IMG/VR virus record: IMGVR_UViG_3300032320_000591
Span: 1-29,984 of that record
Direction: 5' to 3' (one strand)
From: a virus
Taxonomy: Duplodnaviria; Caudoviricetes
DNA length: 29,984 bases
This document shows, in pieces, positions 6,917 through 16,440 of this stretch (position 1 is the first letter of the stretch; every line of letters begins with the position of its first letter). Both the position numbers and the translations under genes were made by a program. The notes under the pieces were generated by a model. It had not been told where the DNA came from and ran no database searches. It worked only from the letters and a program-made list of their open reading frames with translations.

Positions 6917-7175
6917 AGATTTGTGTATTATGTTCAATCTGCATATTCAGTTGTGCAATCTCTTGCATACGCTGTACGTTAGTAGCTTCTAAAGAATCTA
7001 TTACATGTGTAGCTCTTTCAGCTCTGCGCTGATAGCCTTCTAAAGCTTTCTCATCTTCTTTAATTCTGATGTACATGAGCTGCATGAAGATGCAAATGGT
7101 TATAGCTATAACAATTATTACAGCTGCGCTAATTTGTTCCCTCGTTGGTTGTGTCATTTGATTTCTTTTTGTCAA
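6801..7175 (-). CDS. i-spanin-like protein
   Basis: N-terminal TM segment followed by a coiled coil, located after the holin-like genes. Confidence 0.6.
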   Translation of the reverse strand: MTKRNQMTQPTREQISAAVIIVIAITICIFMQLMYIRIKEDEKALEGYQRRAERATHVIDSLEATNVQRMQEIAQLNMQIEHNTQIYEANISAIDSLDRNGLRRAMHSLLAELAGERYPGQSND

Positions 7176-7374
7176 AGATAGACTCTATTACAGTAAGTCC
7201 CAAGCCACCCCCTGCTAAAATTAGCAAGCCATCGAACATGTATTCGGGAGTTTTGTATTCTGTGAATGTACCTATGTAACTTAAGTTAATGCATACAAGT
7301 AAAGCCAGTATAGATGCTACGCGTTTAGAGCTGGCATCTCCTTCATTACTGAATACACTCCTTAACCATTTCAT
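7129..7374 (-). CDS. Putative holin
   Basis: 81 aa, two hydrophobic segments, SSKR motif and charged C-terminus, in the lysis cassette. Confidence 0.7.
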   Translation of the reverse strand: MKWLRSVFSNEGDASSKRVASILALLVCINLSYIGTFTEYKTPEYMFDGLLILAGGGLGLTVIESIFDKKKSNDTTNEGTN

Positions 7375-7544
7375 CTCTTCTTACGCATCTTGTAGATGGT
7401 ATAGATAGAAGCTACAGCTGATAGCAATAAACAAAATATCTTAAGTGCAAATTCAACATCTAACATCCATGCAGGCACGCTAAGTAAAATGCTGCTGATT
7501 GTACCGGTTACTCCTTCCGCTATTTGCTGCTGATTATTGCTCAT
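7371..7544 (-). CDS. Small membrane protein, holin or antiholin-like, 57 aa (not in ORF track)
   Basis: MSNNQQQ...FALKIFCLLLSAVASIYTIYKMRKKR*; ATGA-coupled to the next gene. Confidence 0.7.
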   Translation of the reverse strand: MSNNQQQIAEGVTGTISSILLSVPAWMLDVEFALKIFCLLLSAVASIYTIYKMRKKR

Positions 7545-8079
7545 GTAATAAAGTGTAAGTAAACGCTTTTTTATTCGATTTAATACAAGCTTGAATAAGC
7601 TCCTTAAACTGCTTAGGGTTATTCATTACTTGGCAGCCAGCGCTCCACTTATCTACGTTCTTAGACTCAGCAGATTCATTAGCTCTGTGAATGTTAATTC
7701 CAAATAGGCCCGTATCTTCTTTACCTTGCTCCTCAGCTACTGAATCTTTATCGGCATCTCTATACACTGTAACTTTCTTAGACTGCTTTAATGCAGTGTA
7801 CTTGCCCTGATGTAAGCCTATTGTATAAGTGTCTACGTATTGCCCTGCCTTTAAAACTGCTGTGCCTAAGCTATTCATAGGATGATTAAGCCAAAATGTA
7901 CCTGGATTAGTGGTAGCAGTGTACCATTTCACCTGATCGCCCTGCACCAAGCCGATAAGGTCATCAAATTGGTTAGGTAGATTAGCCTTACTTCTGATTC
8001 CTACCACGTGAATAGATGGCCATTTATAGCCAAGCTCTGTGAATTGAGCTTTAAGCTCTTCTATTGTTGGTGCTTTCAT
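7534..8079 (-). CDS. Putative endolysin with an L,D-transpeptidase (YkuD)-like catalytic motif
   Basis: GINIHRA...WSAGCQV (His...S-x-G-Cys); directly upstream of the holin and spanin-like genes. Confidence 0.65.
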   Translation of the reverse strand: MKAPTIEELKAQFTELGYKWPSIHVVGIRSKANLPNQFDDLIGLVQGDQVKWYTATTNPGTFWLNHPMNSLGTAVLKAGQYVDTYTIGLHQGKYTALKQSKKVTVYRDADKDSVAEEQGKEDTGLFGINIHRANESAESKNVDKWSAGCQVMNNPKQFKELIQACIKSNKKAFTYTLLHEQ

Positions 8080-8170
8080 TCTTTCTTAATTCTTTATCGC
8101 GTTTAGTTAAATAGACTTTAAGTTTTCGCTCATAGTCTTTTCTTGTTTGCTGCTCCTTTGTTAGCTTCAT
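8051..8170 (-). CDS. Small basic protein, 39 aa (not in ORF track)
   Basis: MKLTKEQQTRKDYERKLKVYLTKRDKELRKNESTNNRRA*; fills the intergenic gap. Confidence 0.55.
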   Translation of the reverse strand: MKLTKEQQTRKDYERKLKVYLTKRDKELRKNESTNNRRA

Positions 8171-8172
8171 TC

Positions 8173-8748
8173 TTAGTTAGTAAAGTTTCTAATGCTAAAT
8201 CTATACCATGGATTAGCTGAATCATTAGCAGCTCGGCTAAAAGCTATTTGACTCTGCCTGTTAACTACACGAATGGGTGTAATATCAGGGCTTGTATTAT
8301 TGCTGTACTCCGGATAGTCTGAATTATTAGCGCATAAATAATCTACTAATCTTTGCGTGTAGTAGTTAGCGTTCTCTCTTGCCATATCTCTTAAAGCTGA
8401 AAGCTCGCTTTGAGAAATTGCTGTAGTGTTCTCAGATTGTCTTGTAACTAAGTTACCGTTATCATGCTTATACATCAGCATCGGGTAAAGCTCTACCATA
8501 GTCCACCAAGCTGTTGGCTTAACTATGTATTCATTAAGTAAAGTTTCATACACTCCTGATAAAGTGCCGTTCTCTATCTCATTCTTAATCTTATTTGTAA
8601 GATTAGTGCCAAGCCATAAAGTAATATACTTATCCTGTGCTAAGTAAATAGCAGGGCGAATAAGGTTAGTATCTACAGCTTCATTCAGCTGAGTATATTT
8701 CTTTAAGAATTCCTCGTTAATAAATAATATTTCGGGTGCTATTGCCAT
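8173..8748 (-). CDS. Putative head-tail adaptor (neck) protein
   Basis: 191-aa helical protein directly after the portal; assignment largely positional. Confidence 0.55.
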   Translation of the reverse strand: MAIAPEILFINEEFLKKYTQLNEAVDTNLIRPAIYLAQDKYITLWLGTNLTNKIKNEIENGTLSGVYETLLNEYIVKPTAWWTMVELYPMLMYKHDNGNLVTRQSENTTAISQSELSALRDMARENANYYTQRLVDYLCANNSDYPEYSNNTSPDITPIRVVNRQSQIAFSRAANDSANPWYRFSIRNFTN

Positions 8749-8759
8749 GTTATTAGTGT

Positions 8760-10781
8760 TTAATTTGTTCCTGGGTATCTGCCGTTATTAGGCAAGTCAT
8801 AAGTACGAGTGTTAGCTGTAGCAAATCCTTTAGCTATATCTCTTAAAGGCATTCCTGCTCTGATTGCTTTAGATACTGAAATAGGATCAGATGATTCTAA
8901 GCCATTGTCTGCAATGAATCTTCCCTTCTCTCTCTTTCTAAAATAAACTCTACGCTCGAAAAAATGTTTACAGTTGACTCCGCCCTTAAATAACCAAACC
9001 GAGAACGTGCTGCCATTGTGGCCCATGTTAGGATTTAGCTCATTAGTATCTGCACTCATGCCGGTTAAATCTTCATAGCGGTATACAAAGCCAGCCTTAG
9101 CAGCGCTTACCATTTGGCGGCAGAATCTTCTGCTATCTTTACTTAGATTCTTTGAGTATGCGTAGCGTATCTTATACAATCCGCTATCCATTTCAGATGG
9201 CTTATCAGGATCAGAGTAACTTCTAACTGAAGCTAAATCAACAGGCTCTGCCTCTATCAATTCCCACTCTTCTTCGTCTACTATCTCCCCCTTATCTTCT
9301 AAGAATTCGCACCACCAAGCCTCGTCCTCATCTGTGAAAACAGGCTTTTCTTGTGGATCACTTAGATTAATCTTTTTTTTTTGAGCAGATAGTTTAGCTA
9401 CAGCGCTTCCTTCTGATGGTGTAAACATAGCAGTAGCTACGTCAATTGGAAGTTGTAAGAATTGTACTAAGAATACGATAGCTTGCTCTTTTGTTAGAGC
9501 TCCACTACCTACTGCTGCTACAATTTCTAAAGCACTTGCTATCTGAGCACCGTTGTAAGTAACATCACTTACTGAAGCTCCTGCTGGTGCTACCGGTGCA
9601 GCTACGTTAGTATCAGTAGTTGCAGAATCTGCAACAGTTGGTGTAGTTGCTGCTATTGCCGCATCCATTTCATCAGAGAATAGGTCATTAGACTCAATAT
9701 AAATATCAGCCACAATCCCCATACCTTTAAATATCTCTTCAAGGCTATCTGTTACAATTTGTTGGTAAGGCTCAATTATATTCTTATTAAATATGCGATA
9801 AGCGCTCTTCATCTCATCAGCATTACTGCCTAATCCTCCTGAGTCTCTAATACCAAATAATAGAGGAGATGTTACGCGGTGAGCTGTTAAAATATTCTCT
9901 CTTGACTGCACGCTTAACTCTTGCCACTGCTTATCAGCTTGAGTCATATCCACGACATCTAAACGAGGCATTCTATCAGCGCTCTCATTAAAGGTAAATA
10001 TTACCTTACCTGCTTTTTTAGCACCTACCATAGTCTCCCAATTCCTTCTAATAGCCATCTGCTCCTCCGGATCAGGAATACCGTTATTCATGTGTAACAT
10101 GTAAGATGGAGTCATACCATTAGCCAAGAAAGCTCTATAAAATTCGCTAATGTCGCGAGTAATTTCTATGTAATTAACTGCGCTATAGTAATCAGGCTTA
10201 GGGTAATATTCAGAGCCTGGTGTCATTATCCCCACAAATAGCACTTGAGAAGGCTCATCTGATTTTGAAGTTGGATTATACATAGGGATAAATACCGGTA
10301 TATTTTTCTTTTTGCGAGTATCATTCCAATCTTTAGAATAATAAATACCAGGTATAACATCTTCATCATTAGCCACAGCCAGCCTGCAATTCTCATAAGG
10401 CAAATGATTAATCTTAGCTACAGTAGTTCTATCTACGCTCCAAATCACTTCTAAATAAAAGCCCCCTTGCATCTTTGCATCTAAGGTAATAGGCCTTCTA
10501 ATAGTGTTTAATTTCAATCTATCTATCTCACGTTGAGCTGTAGGATTGTTACTCTTAAACTCTTTCCCTGCTATCATAAAAGCTATGCTCATGGTAAGCG
10601 CAGAGTGCACAGGAGAGCTATAGTACAAATCTATCAAATAATTAGGAAAGGAATTTCCTTCGCCTAAACTCACCCATCCTTTAGGAGTTTCTTTCTCAAT
10701 TGCATCTTGAGGCATTGCTGCGCCAAGATTAACTAACATGGGTGCTGAATGTGCTATCTTATCCATTGTAGGCGATGTCAT
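8760..10781 (-). CDS. Portal protein with a C-terminal Cys/His (MuF-like) extension
   Basis: Portal-like segments (YYSSPVHSA, LQGGFY-like MQGGFY, YYPKPDY, ILTAHRVTSPLLFGI). C-terminal SRRFC...KGGVNCKH domain. Start may be 10766. Confidence 0.8.
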   Translation of the reverse strand: MTSPTMDKIAHSAPMLVNLGAAMPQDAIEKETPKGWVSLGEGNSFPNYLIDLYYSSPVHSALTMSIAFMIAGKEFKSNNPTAQREIDRLKLNTIRRPITLDAKMQGGFYLEVIWSVDRTTVAKINHLPYENCRLAVANDEDVIPGIYYSKDWNDTRKKKNIPVFIPMYNPTSKSDEPSQVLFVGIMTPGSEYYPKPDYYSAVNYIEITRDISEFYRAFLANGMTPSYMLHMNNGIPDPEEQMAIRRNWETMVGAKKAGKVIFTFNESADRMPRLDVVDMTQADKQWQELSVQSRENILTAHRVTSPLLFGIRDSGGLGSNADEMKSAYRIFNKNIIEPYQQIVTDSLEEIFKGMGIVADIYIESNDLFSDEMDAAIAATTPTVADSATTDTNVAAPVAPAGASVSDVTYNGAQIASALEIVAAVGSGALTKEQAIVFLVQFLQLPIDVATAMFTPSEGSAVAKLSAQKKKINLSDPQEKPVFTDEDEAWWCEFLEDKGEIVDEEEWELIEAEPVDLASVRSYSDPDKPSEMDSGLYKIRYAYSKNLSKDSRRFCRQMVSAAKAGFVYRYEDLTGMSADTNELNPNMGHNGSTFSVWLFKGGVNCKHFFERRVYFRKREKGRFIADNGLESSDPISVSKAIRAGMPLRDIAKGFATANTRTYDLPNNGRYPGTN

Positions 10782-11169
10782 TATCTATGGTTAAATTCGG
10801 CTCAGTAAATCGTGGAGTAGTAATATCTTCTACTATCAAATACCCTTTCTCAATTACTCCCTCTACTGCCGCGTTTGTAGGATCTAAGTTAGTGCTGCTA
10901 TTTTGGCCGTAAACTATGTAGCTGAATCGAGCTGGATAGTTAATTAATAGGCTTGCAGCTATTGGTGTGTTGGCATTTGTGCCAATCTGAATGGTAGTGT
11001 ACCTATCATTCTGCGCTATCTGATTAGGGATAACATAAAGCTTTTGAAGTGTTTGCTCGTTAGTTAATTCTAACAAGTAATTAGTGTATGGGTTAGCAAG
11101 CAGAAGCTCCCCTTCCTTTAGTGTAAGGTAGAGGAGCTGTGCTGCTGTATTTTTAAGTAAGTAAATCAT
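10759..11169 (-). CDS. Hypothetical structural protein
   Basis: 136 aa, beta-rich, between the tail tube and portal genes. Confidence 0.65.
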   Translation of the reverse strand: MIYLLKNTAAQLLYLTLKEGELLLANPYTNYLLELTNEQTLQKLYVIPNQIAQNDRYTTIQIGTNANTPIAASLLINYPARFSYIVYGQNSSTNLDPTNAAVEGVIEKGYLIVEDITTPRFTEPNLTIDNDIAYNG

Positions 11170-11193
11170 TGGCTAAAGATAGCTCAAATTTAC

Positions 11194-11736
11194 TTATAGC
11201 GTACCTGCAATAACGTCTACTGTAGCGTAATCTCCGAACACATCAGTAGCACTGTCAACAGTGCAATAATATGCTTTATCTTTTTCTTCACCAGTGAAGG
11301 TAACGGTATATCCTGACATATCTCCCTTCGCAGCTCCGCTGGCAGTTGTGAATGCAGTAATTTGCACACCATCTTTATAGCCACACATCCAAAGGTTATC
11401 GTTATTATCCAATACCCATAACACGTTACGGCCTTTAGCAATGTTTTGAAGTTGTAATGCACGTTGTTGGCTCATTCCATGGAACATAGCCACAACAGTT
11501 TGAGTGTAGAATACAGTACCATTTTCAACAGAGATTGCAGCCTCTTCGGTAAATGATCCTGTATGTTTAGGTAATTGGAATTCGTATACATCTCCTGCTG
11601 CTAATGCTGTAACTTCGTTATCAGTAATAGAAGCAGTGTTAGCGAATACATCATAAGCTCCAAGATAGATAGCTTTAATGCCACCGATTGATTCGCGGCA
11701 ATTAATTTGGAATCCCAAGGTAGTTAGACAGCTCAT
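11194..11736 (-). CDS. Major tail (tube) protein
   Basis: 180-aa acidic beta-rich protein with CRESIGGIK, ENGTVFYTQ and SGYTVTFTGEE, directly after the capsid gene. Confidence 0.7.
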   Translation of the reverse strand: MSCLTTLGFQINCRESIGGIKAIYLGAYDVFANTASITDNEVTALAAGDVYEFQLPKHTGSFTEEAAISVENGTVFYTQTVVAMFHGMSQQRALQLQNIAKGRNVLWVLDNNDNLWMCGYKDGVQITAFTTASGAAKGDMSGYTVTFTGEEKDKAYYCTVDSATDVFGDYATVDVIAGTL

Positions 11737-11772
11737 AGTTATTTTTTATTTATTAATTAAAATATTCTTTGC

Positions 11773-11806
11773 AAAGAATGGGCAGCTCTTGGCATACCCA
11801 CTCTTT
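11773..11806 (-). terminator. Stem-loop after the major capsid gene
   Basis: Minus strand AAAGAGTGGGTA / TGCCCATTCTTT stem with G-U pairs; the U-tail is weak. Confidence 0.55.
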
Positions 11807-11822
11807 AACAAAGGAGTATTAT

Positions 11823-12746
11823 TTAGTTATCGAATCCGATAACGATATCTCCGAGTACAGCGTACTGAACACCAGCGCGAAATCTCATAGCCATTCTCAC
11901 GTTATCTGAAGCATCAGTGAAGCTCATGTCTACAACCTTAACTTCGTTTTGATCAGAAAGTAAATCTGTTCCAAACACTAAGTTAGCAGGAGTAGATAAG
12001 ATAACTACTGAATCAGATATACCTGGACAAACATAAACATCATATCCGTTGAAGGTAAGTGGGAATTGAGCAGTACCTTGAAAAGTTTGAAGGTATCCTG
12101 CAGTTGCCAAAGCTTGACGGTATAACTGTGCAGTCTTACGGTTAACGTAAATCTTCAAATCAGGTGAACCTACCAACGAAGCAGGCAACGCATCTGTACA
12201 TAATTGTAATTTAGCAATTACGTTAGTAGCATCCAAAGAAGCAGCGAAATCTACATCAGGTGTACCACTTTTGCCAGCATCGATTAAATACTGCAATCCG
12301 TTGAATCCTGTGAATCCTGAAGATGGCCAGTTACCTTTCCAAATGTTACACTCAATTTCTTGTGCTACTTTAGCAGCCAAGTGAGAGATTAAGAAATCAG
12401 CGAAGTTAGCAGGGACAACATCATTGATGAAGCCTCTTCCTGTTTGAGCAGCTTCCCAGTCTCTTGTAAACTCAGCCTTACAAACTTGTACGTTAACCAT
12501 AAGGTCTGTAACTGTAAGAACACGCTCAGTCAAAGTAAGAGCAGCATCTGAGTTATCAAAGTCACAAGTAGCAGGTTGTACCAATCCTGTTGAAGCAAGA
12601 ATCTTAAGTACAGCTTTGTATTTTACATTTTCCTTAACGGTAATGTAGTTGTTTGCAATAGTATCTCCGGAAAGAACTGCTGCAGCAATGTACGGTAGCG
12701 CTAATTCGCCAGCGTAGGTAGAAGTAATGGTCAAGTTATCAGCCAT
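11823..12746 (-). CDS. Major capsid protein
   Basis: 307 aa, follows protease and scaffold, followed by a stem-loop; long helix ending EIECNIWKG as in HK97-fold capsids. Confidence 0.85.
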   Translation of the reverse strand: MADNLTITSTYAGELALPYIAAAVLSGDTIANNYITVKENVKYKAVLKILASTGLVQPATCDFDNSDAALTLTERVLTVTDLMVNVQVCKAEFTRDWEAAQTGRGFINDVVPANFADFLISHLAAKVAQEIECNIWKGNWPSSGFTGFNGLQYLIDAGKSGTPDVDFAASLDATNVIAKLQLCTDALPASLVGSPDLKIYVNRKTAQLYRQALATAGYLQTFQGTAQFPLTFNGYDVYVCPGISDSVVILSTPANLVFGTDLLSDQNEVKVVDMSFTDASDNVRMAMRFRAGVQYAVLGDIVIGFDN

Positions 12747-12761
12747 GTTTTTTTTGTTTTA

Positions 12762-13340
12762 TTATTTGTTTTTGTATTTTGCTACTATTGCACGAGTTCT
12801 ATCTTCGATGTTACTCATGGTTTTAATGTTTAAAGGTGCTTCAGTTGAAGCTTGACGAGACTGCTTTACAGTTGTAGCAGCTGGTGCTTTAGAAAGCTCA
12901 GTAATTTTCTTTTCAGCAGCGCTAAGCTTAGCTTCGAATTCAGAGATTACGTTTTTAAGTAATCCCTCTACTTGCTCTTTAGAGTAAGTCTCAGCTACTT
13001 CCTGCTCAACAGTTACCTCTACTTCTGTAGATGGCTCTTCAGCATCAGCAATAGATGCGATTAAACCACTTGCTACAACGATCATCTTACCGTTATCTAA
13101 AGTATATTCGCCATCAGCAAGAGGTGTAGGATTGCCTTCTGCATCCATTACGAATACTTCTACTCCCTCAGCCCATTCAGCAGCAGGTGAATAGATCATA
13201 GTACCATCCATTAAAGCGCCTTCTACCATCATTTCTACTTTAGTAGTTTCAAGTGAAGCAGTCTCTTCAACAGATAGCTTTACTCCATGCTTAGAAAGCT
13301 GTGGAGCGAACTTGTTTAAAATGTCTTGAATCATGTTCAT
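12762..13340 (-). CDS. Capsid scaffolding protein
   Basis: Acidic, with a PLADGEYTL motif and C-terminal coiled coil; lies between protease and capsid. Confidence 0.65.
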   Translation of the reverse strand: MNMIQDILNKFAPQLSKHGVKLSVEETASLETTKVEMMVEGALMDGTMIYSPAAEWAEGVEVFVMDAEGNPTPLADGEYTLDNGKMIVVASGLIASIADAEEPSTEVEVTVEQEVAETYSKEQVEGLLKNVISEFEAKLSAAEKKITELSKAPAATTVKQSRQASTEAPLNIKTMSNIEDRTRAIVAKYKNK

Positions 13341-13366
13341 GTGTTATTATTTATTAGTGGAAAAAA

Positions 13367-13972
13367 TTACAAATTCATTTCAAGCGCTTTAGCCAATTCA
13401 GCTAATAGCTTCTCTAAGTCTTTCTCTTTAACCTCAGTCTCTGCCATCGGAGTAAACCATCCCTCAATAGAAAAGCCTTTAACCTCGCCATTCTTTACAG
13501 CTTCCCAAGTCTTATCATCATCTACTTTTACCCCTATCATCCATGTGCCTTCCGGAAGTTCAAAGCCTAAATTCATGCTCTTATCATGAGCACCCATAGT
13601 AACCCATGATTCTACAACAGTTAAGTTGTTTACAGGCATCTCATGCTGAATGGTATGGTTATGGTGCATGTTACGCTTGAGAAATTCCTGCGCTGTTTGC
13701 TCAATGGTCTCTTTCGTGTAAGTGATGTAATACTTTTCATTATTACCATCGTATCTAACTATAGGCTGATTAGGAATAAGAGCAGGGCCGTATAGCATGC
13801 GCTTCTCGCCATCTTCTACTTGAGCAAGTAAAAGATTAGCTTTAGAGAGCGCCACGAAATCCACCATTAAGGCAGGACTTGAGACCAAACTTACTGCATA
13901 CACCCCCATGTTATCCTCTTCCTCGCCTAAGCCGTATTCAATCAATTTCAATTTATCATTCATAGGTTTCAT
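13367..13972 (-). CDS. Prohead serine protease (XkdF-like)
   Basis: GPALIPN, TIQHE, VVESW, PEGTW and VKGFSIEG motifs; start probably 13963. Confidence 0.85.
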   Translation of the reverse strand: MKPMNDKLKLIEYGLGEEEDNMGVYAVSLVSSPALMVDFVALSKANLLLAQVEDGEKRMLYGPALIPNQPIVRYDGNNEKYYITYTKETIEQTAQEFLKRNMHHNHTIQHEMPVNNLTVVESWVTMGAHDKSMNLGFELPEGTWMIGVKVDDDKTWEAVKNGEVKGFSIEGWFTPMAETEVKEKDLEKLLAELAKALEMNL

Positions 13973-14108
13973 TTATTTCAAATAGTATAGCTTTAATTAC
14001 TTCATCTATTATAAGCTCAGTATCTTCGAGCTCACTTTTATCTATCTCAGATAGTGCGTTTCTCACTCCACGTGCTATGCACTTTTTTAATAGTGGAAAG
14101 TTTGCCAT
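13956..14108 (-). CDS. Small hypothetical protein, 50 aa (not in ORF track)
   Basis: MANFPLLKKCIARGVRN...EINETYE*; fills the gap and overlaps the protease start. Confidence 0.55.
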   Translation of the reverse strand: MANFPLLKKCIARGVRNALSEIDKSELEDTELIIDEVIKAILFEINETYE

Positions 14109-14113
14109 TTTTG

Positions 14114-16243
14114 TTATAGGTGTGATTGGTCTATTATCTTTTGACGTGCCTCTAATGCGTTAGCTACATTGCCAGCTAACACATAGGTCTCAGTGCTACC
14201 TGGTGCGTTAACTTGCATATTAGCTCCGCTGAAATCTACAGCCGGTGCATTAGCTCCTCCTGTTGGTGCTGTTAGGTTACCGGGATTAGGCGAAGGAGTG
14301 CTGCCTCCAAACTGAGTTTGATTAATCTTAACAATATTAGCTACCCCTGCTGCTGCTACTGCTGCAGCTTTAACGAAGTTCATACCAGTTAACTGATCCT
14401 GTGGGACTGCTAACTGCTGAACTATACCACTCGCCATAGCTATAGTAGCTTGCGCTTTCTGAATCATTTTATTTCGCTCAAAAGCTTTACGCTGGCTTGC
14501 CTCATCCCCCTTAGTAGCTGCCTCATTTAATGAACTAAGCGCATCGAGTGCAAGGCTTGCCATTTCGAAATTAGATTGTATGTTAGCCATTCGAGCCTCT
14601 TGCTTTTTCTTTTCAGCCTCTTCTATAGCTTTAGCTTCCTCATCTGCATATTTTTTAGTAATAGCAGCTATTTTAGCGGCAGTATCTTCAGCTACTATAA
14701 TCTCATTCTCAGCAGTCATGCCGAGACTTTCTAACATCTTTTCTCCTGCTAATACAACCTCATTGATTTCATTCTCTTGAGCCGTAGATTGAAGCTTTTG
14801 CAATAACGCGAATTGCTCATCAGCTTTTTCTATTTCAGCTTTTCTTATTTCTTCATCTTTAAGCCATTTTTCGTTACGATATTTAGTATCAATATCTGCT
14901 AAAATTGTAGTGTGCTGCTGCTCTAATTTTTGTAACTCCTCTTTAGATCGGCCTGCATCTTCAAGAGCTTTCTTCTGAATAGCATATTTTTCATTAGCTT
15001 CAAACTTCTCTAAGTCAATGGCTGCCATTTTGCTCTTCTCATAATCAGCCATCTCTTTCTCTGCCTGAGCTGCTGCATCTTCTATTCTTTTCCTTTCATC
15101 TTCGGCTTCTTGGTCTCTTTTTTCTTTAGCTGCTTTAGATTTCTCGTTTTTAGATTTAGCAGCTTCCCTATCTATTCTTTGAATTTCTAACTCCATGCCG
15201 TTGTAGTCCTGCTCCATAGTGGCAATGGCAGATCTATTTTCTTCAATGGTTTTATTCAATTCCGCTTCTACTTCAGTTGGATCAAATATTAAGTTAGTCA
15301 AGAAATTATTAAAGCTTCCTGCTAAATTGCTTTCCTTTCCTACCGCTGCAGCTACATAATCTACAGCCGTTAATAAAGCGTGTATAGGCGCATTAAGAAA
15401 TTTCATGATTCCTTCAAGAATATCATGATTTCTTTTTGCTGTTTCTATCTGAGTTTTAGCCTGTAGTTCTAATTGAGCTAATATATTTTTTCTATCCTGC
15501 AGCGAAGCCTTAGTATGCTGCATTCTCAAAACTAAAATTTCTCTCTCGCTTTTACCCTGCAATCTTAACGCGTTAGTTTGCTTGTCAAAATTTTCTAAGG
15601 TCTTTTGAGATACTGATGCTTTAGCATTTAATATGCGTAAATTTTCTCTCTCTTCCTCATTAATCCCTGTTAATCCCTTTTCTAATGCTGGCACTAACTT
15701 AATTACCTTATCAAAGTTCATAGCAATGGCTACAAGTATTCCTGCTACTGCTAATAATGGATTAGCCATAATAGCCTTACCTATTGCTTTAAAAGCATTT
15801 ACTCCGGCTGTACCTATTGACTTAAGCCCATTGCTGAAATCTTGTGGCTTCAAACGAGCTAAATTGCCACTGACTAAATTTAATGACTGACTTACTCCCT
15901 CAAAATCTAAATTCATTAGCTGCTCGCCTAACATGCCAAATGATGCACGAGCTCCCTCAATAGCAGGCCCTGTATTACCTTTAACTGCATCTGCAGCATC
16001 ATTCATTCTATCCTTCAGCTCACCCATTTGAGCAGAAAGCTTTTGGAATTTCTCAGTACCTGGATCGTATTGGTCCTGCTCTTTCTTAAGCGCCTTATAT
16101 TGCTGCGCTAAAGTTTTAGTAGATTTCTCTAACTGCTCAGTAGTGTTATTTACTGTTTGCAGCTCCTGATTAATTTCTTCTAAGCCTTCAAAAGTACCCT
16201 CGTCATTAAACGAGAGCTTTAATATCATTTCTTGTGTAGCCAT
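14114..16243 (-). CDS. Tape measure protein
   Basis: 709 aa, Ala/Glu/Lys-rich helical protein with an ANPLLAVAGILVAI hydrophobic segment. Confidence 0.8.
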   Translation of the reverse strand: MATQEMILKLSFNDEGTFEGLEEINQELQTVNNTTEQLEKSTKTLAQQYKALKKEQDQYDPGTEKFQKLSAQMGELKDRMNDAADAVKGNTGPAIEGARASFGMLGEQLMNLDFEGVSQSLNLVSGNLARLKPQDFSNGLKSIGTAGVNAFKAIGKAIMANPLLAVAGILVAIAMNFDKVIKLVPALEKGLTGINEEERENLRILNAKASVSQKTLENFDKQTNALRLQGKSEREILVLRMQHTKASLQDRKNILAQLELQAKTQIETAKRNHDILEGIMKFLNAPIHALLTAVDYVAAAVGKESNLAGSFNNFLTNLIFDPTEVEAELNKTIEENRSAIATMEQDYNGMELEIQRIDREAAKSKNEKSKAAKEKRDQEAEDERKRIEDAAAQAEKEMADYEKSKMAAIDLEKFEANEKYAIQKKALEDAGRSKEELQKLEQQHTTILADIDTKYRNEKWLKDEEIRKAEIEKADEQFALLQKLQSTAQENEINEVVLAGEKMLESLGMTAENEIIVAEDTAAKIAAITKKYADEEAKAIEEAEKKKQEARMANIQSNFEMASLALDALSSLNEAATKGDEASQRKAFERNKMIQKAQATIAMASGIVQQLAVPQDQLTGMNFVKAAAVAAAGVANIVKINQTQFGGSTPSPNPGNLTAPTGGANAPAVDFSGANMQVNAPGSTETYVLAGNVANALEARQKIIDQSHL

Positions 16244-16440
16244 TATATTACGCTATAAATTGTTAATCCGATTAAGGCAAGTAGTCCTATTACTATAGTG
16301 TAATTAATAGCCCTTATTTGCCATATCTTCCGCTTTGCATGATAGATACCACTCGCATGCTTAAACTCTTTGCTTTTACCCTGCACGTTTGAGCGTAATA
16401 AAGTCATGCTAAGTATAATATCTTTTTGTGGATTCGTCAT
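16243..16440 (-). CDS. Small membrane protein
   Basis: 65 aa with a C-terminal TM helix; translationally coupled on both sides. Confidence 0.65.
   Translation of the reverse strand: MTNPQKDIILSMTLLRSNVQGKSKEFKHASGIYHAKRKIWQIRAINYTIVIGLLALIGLTIYSVI

Noticed and set aside
11217-11462. Alternative-frame ORF inside the tail tube gene
   Set aside because: Short, with no motif, slippery site or initiation signal seen, unlike the nested methyltransferase ORF.
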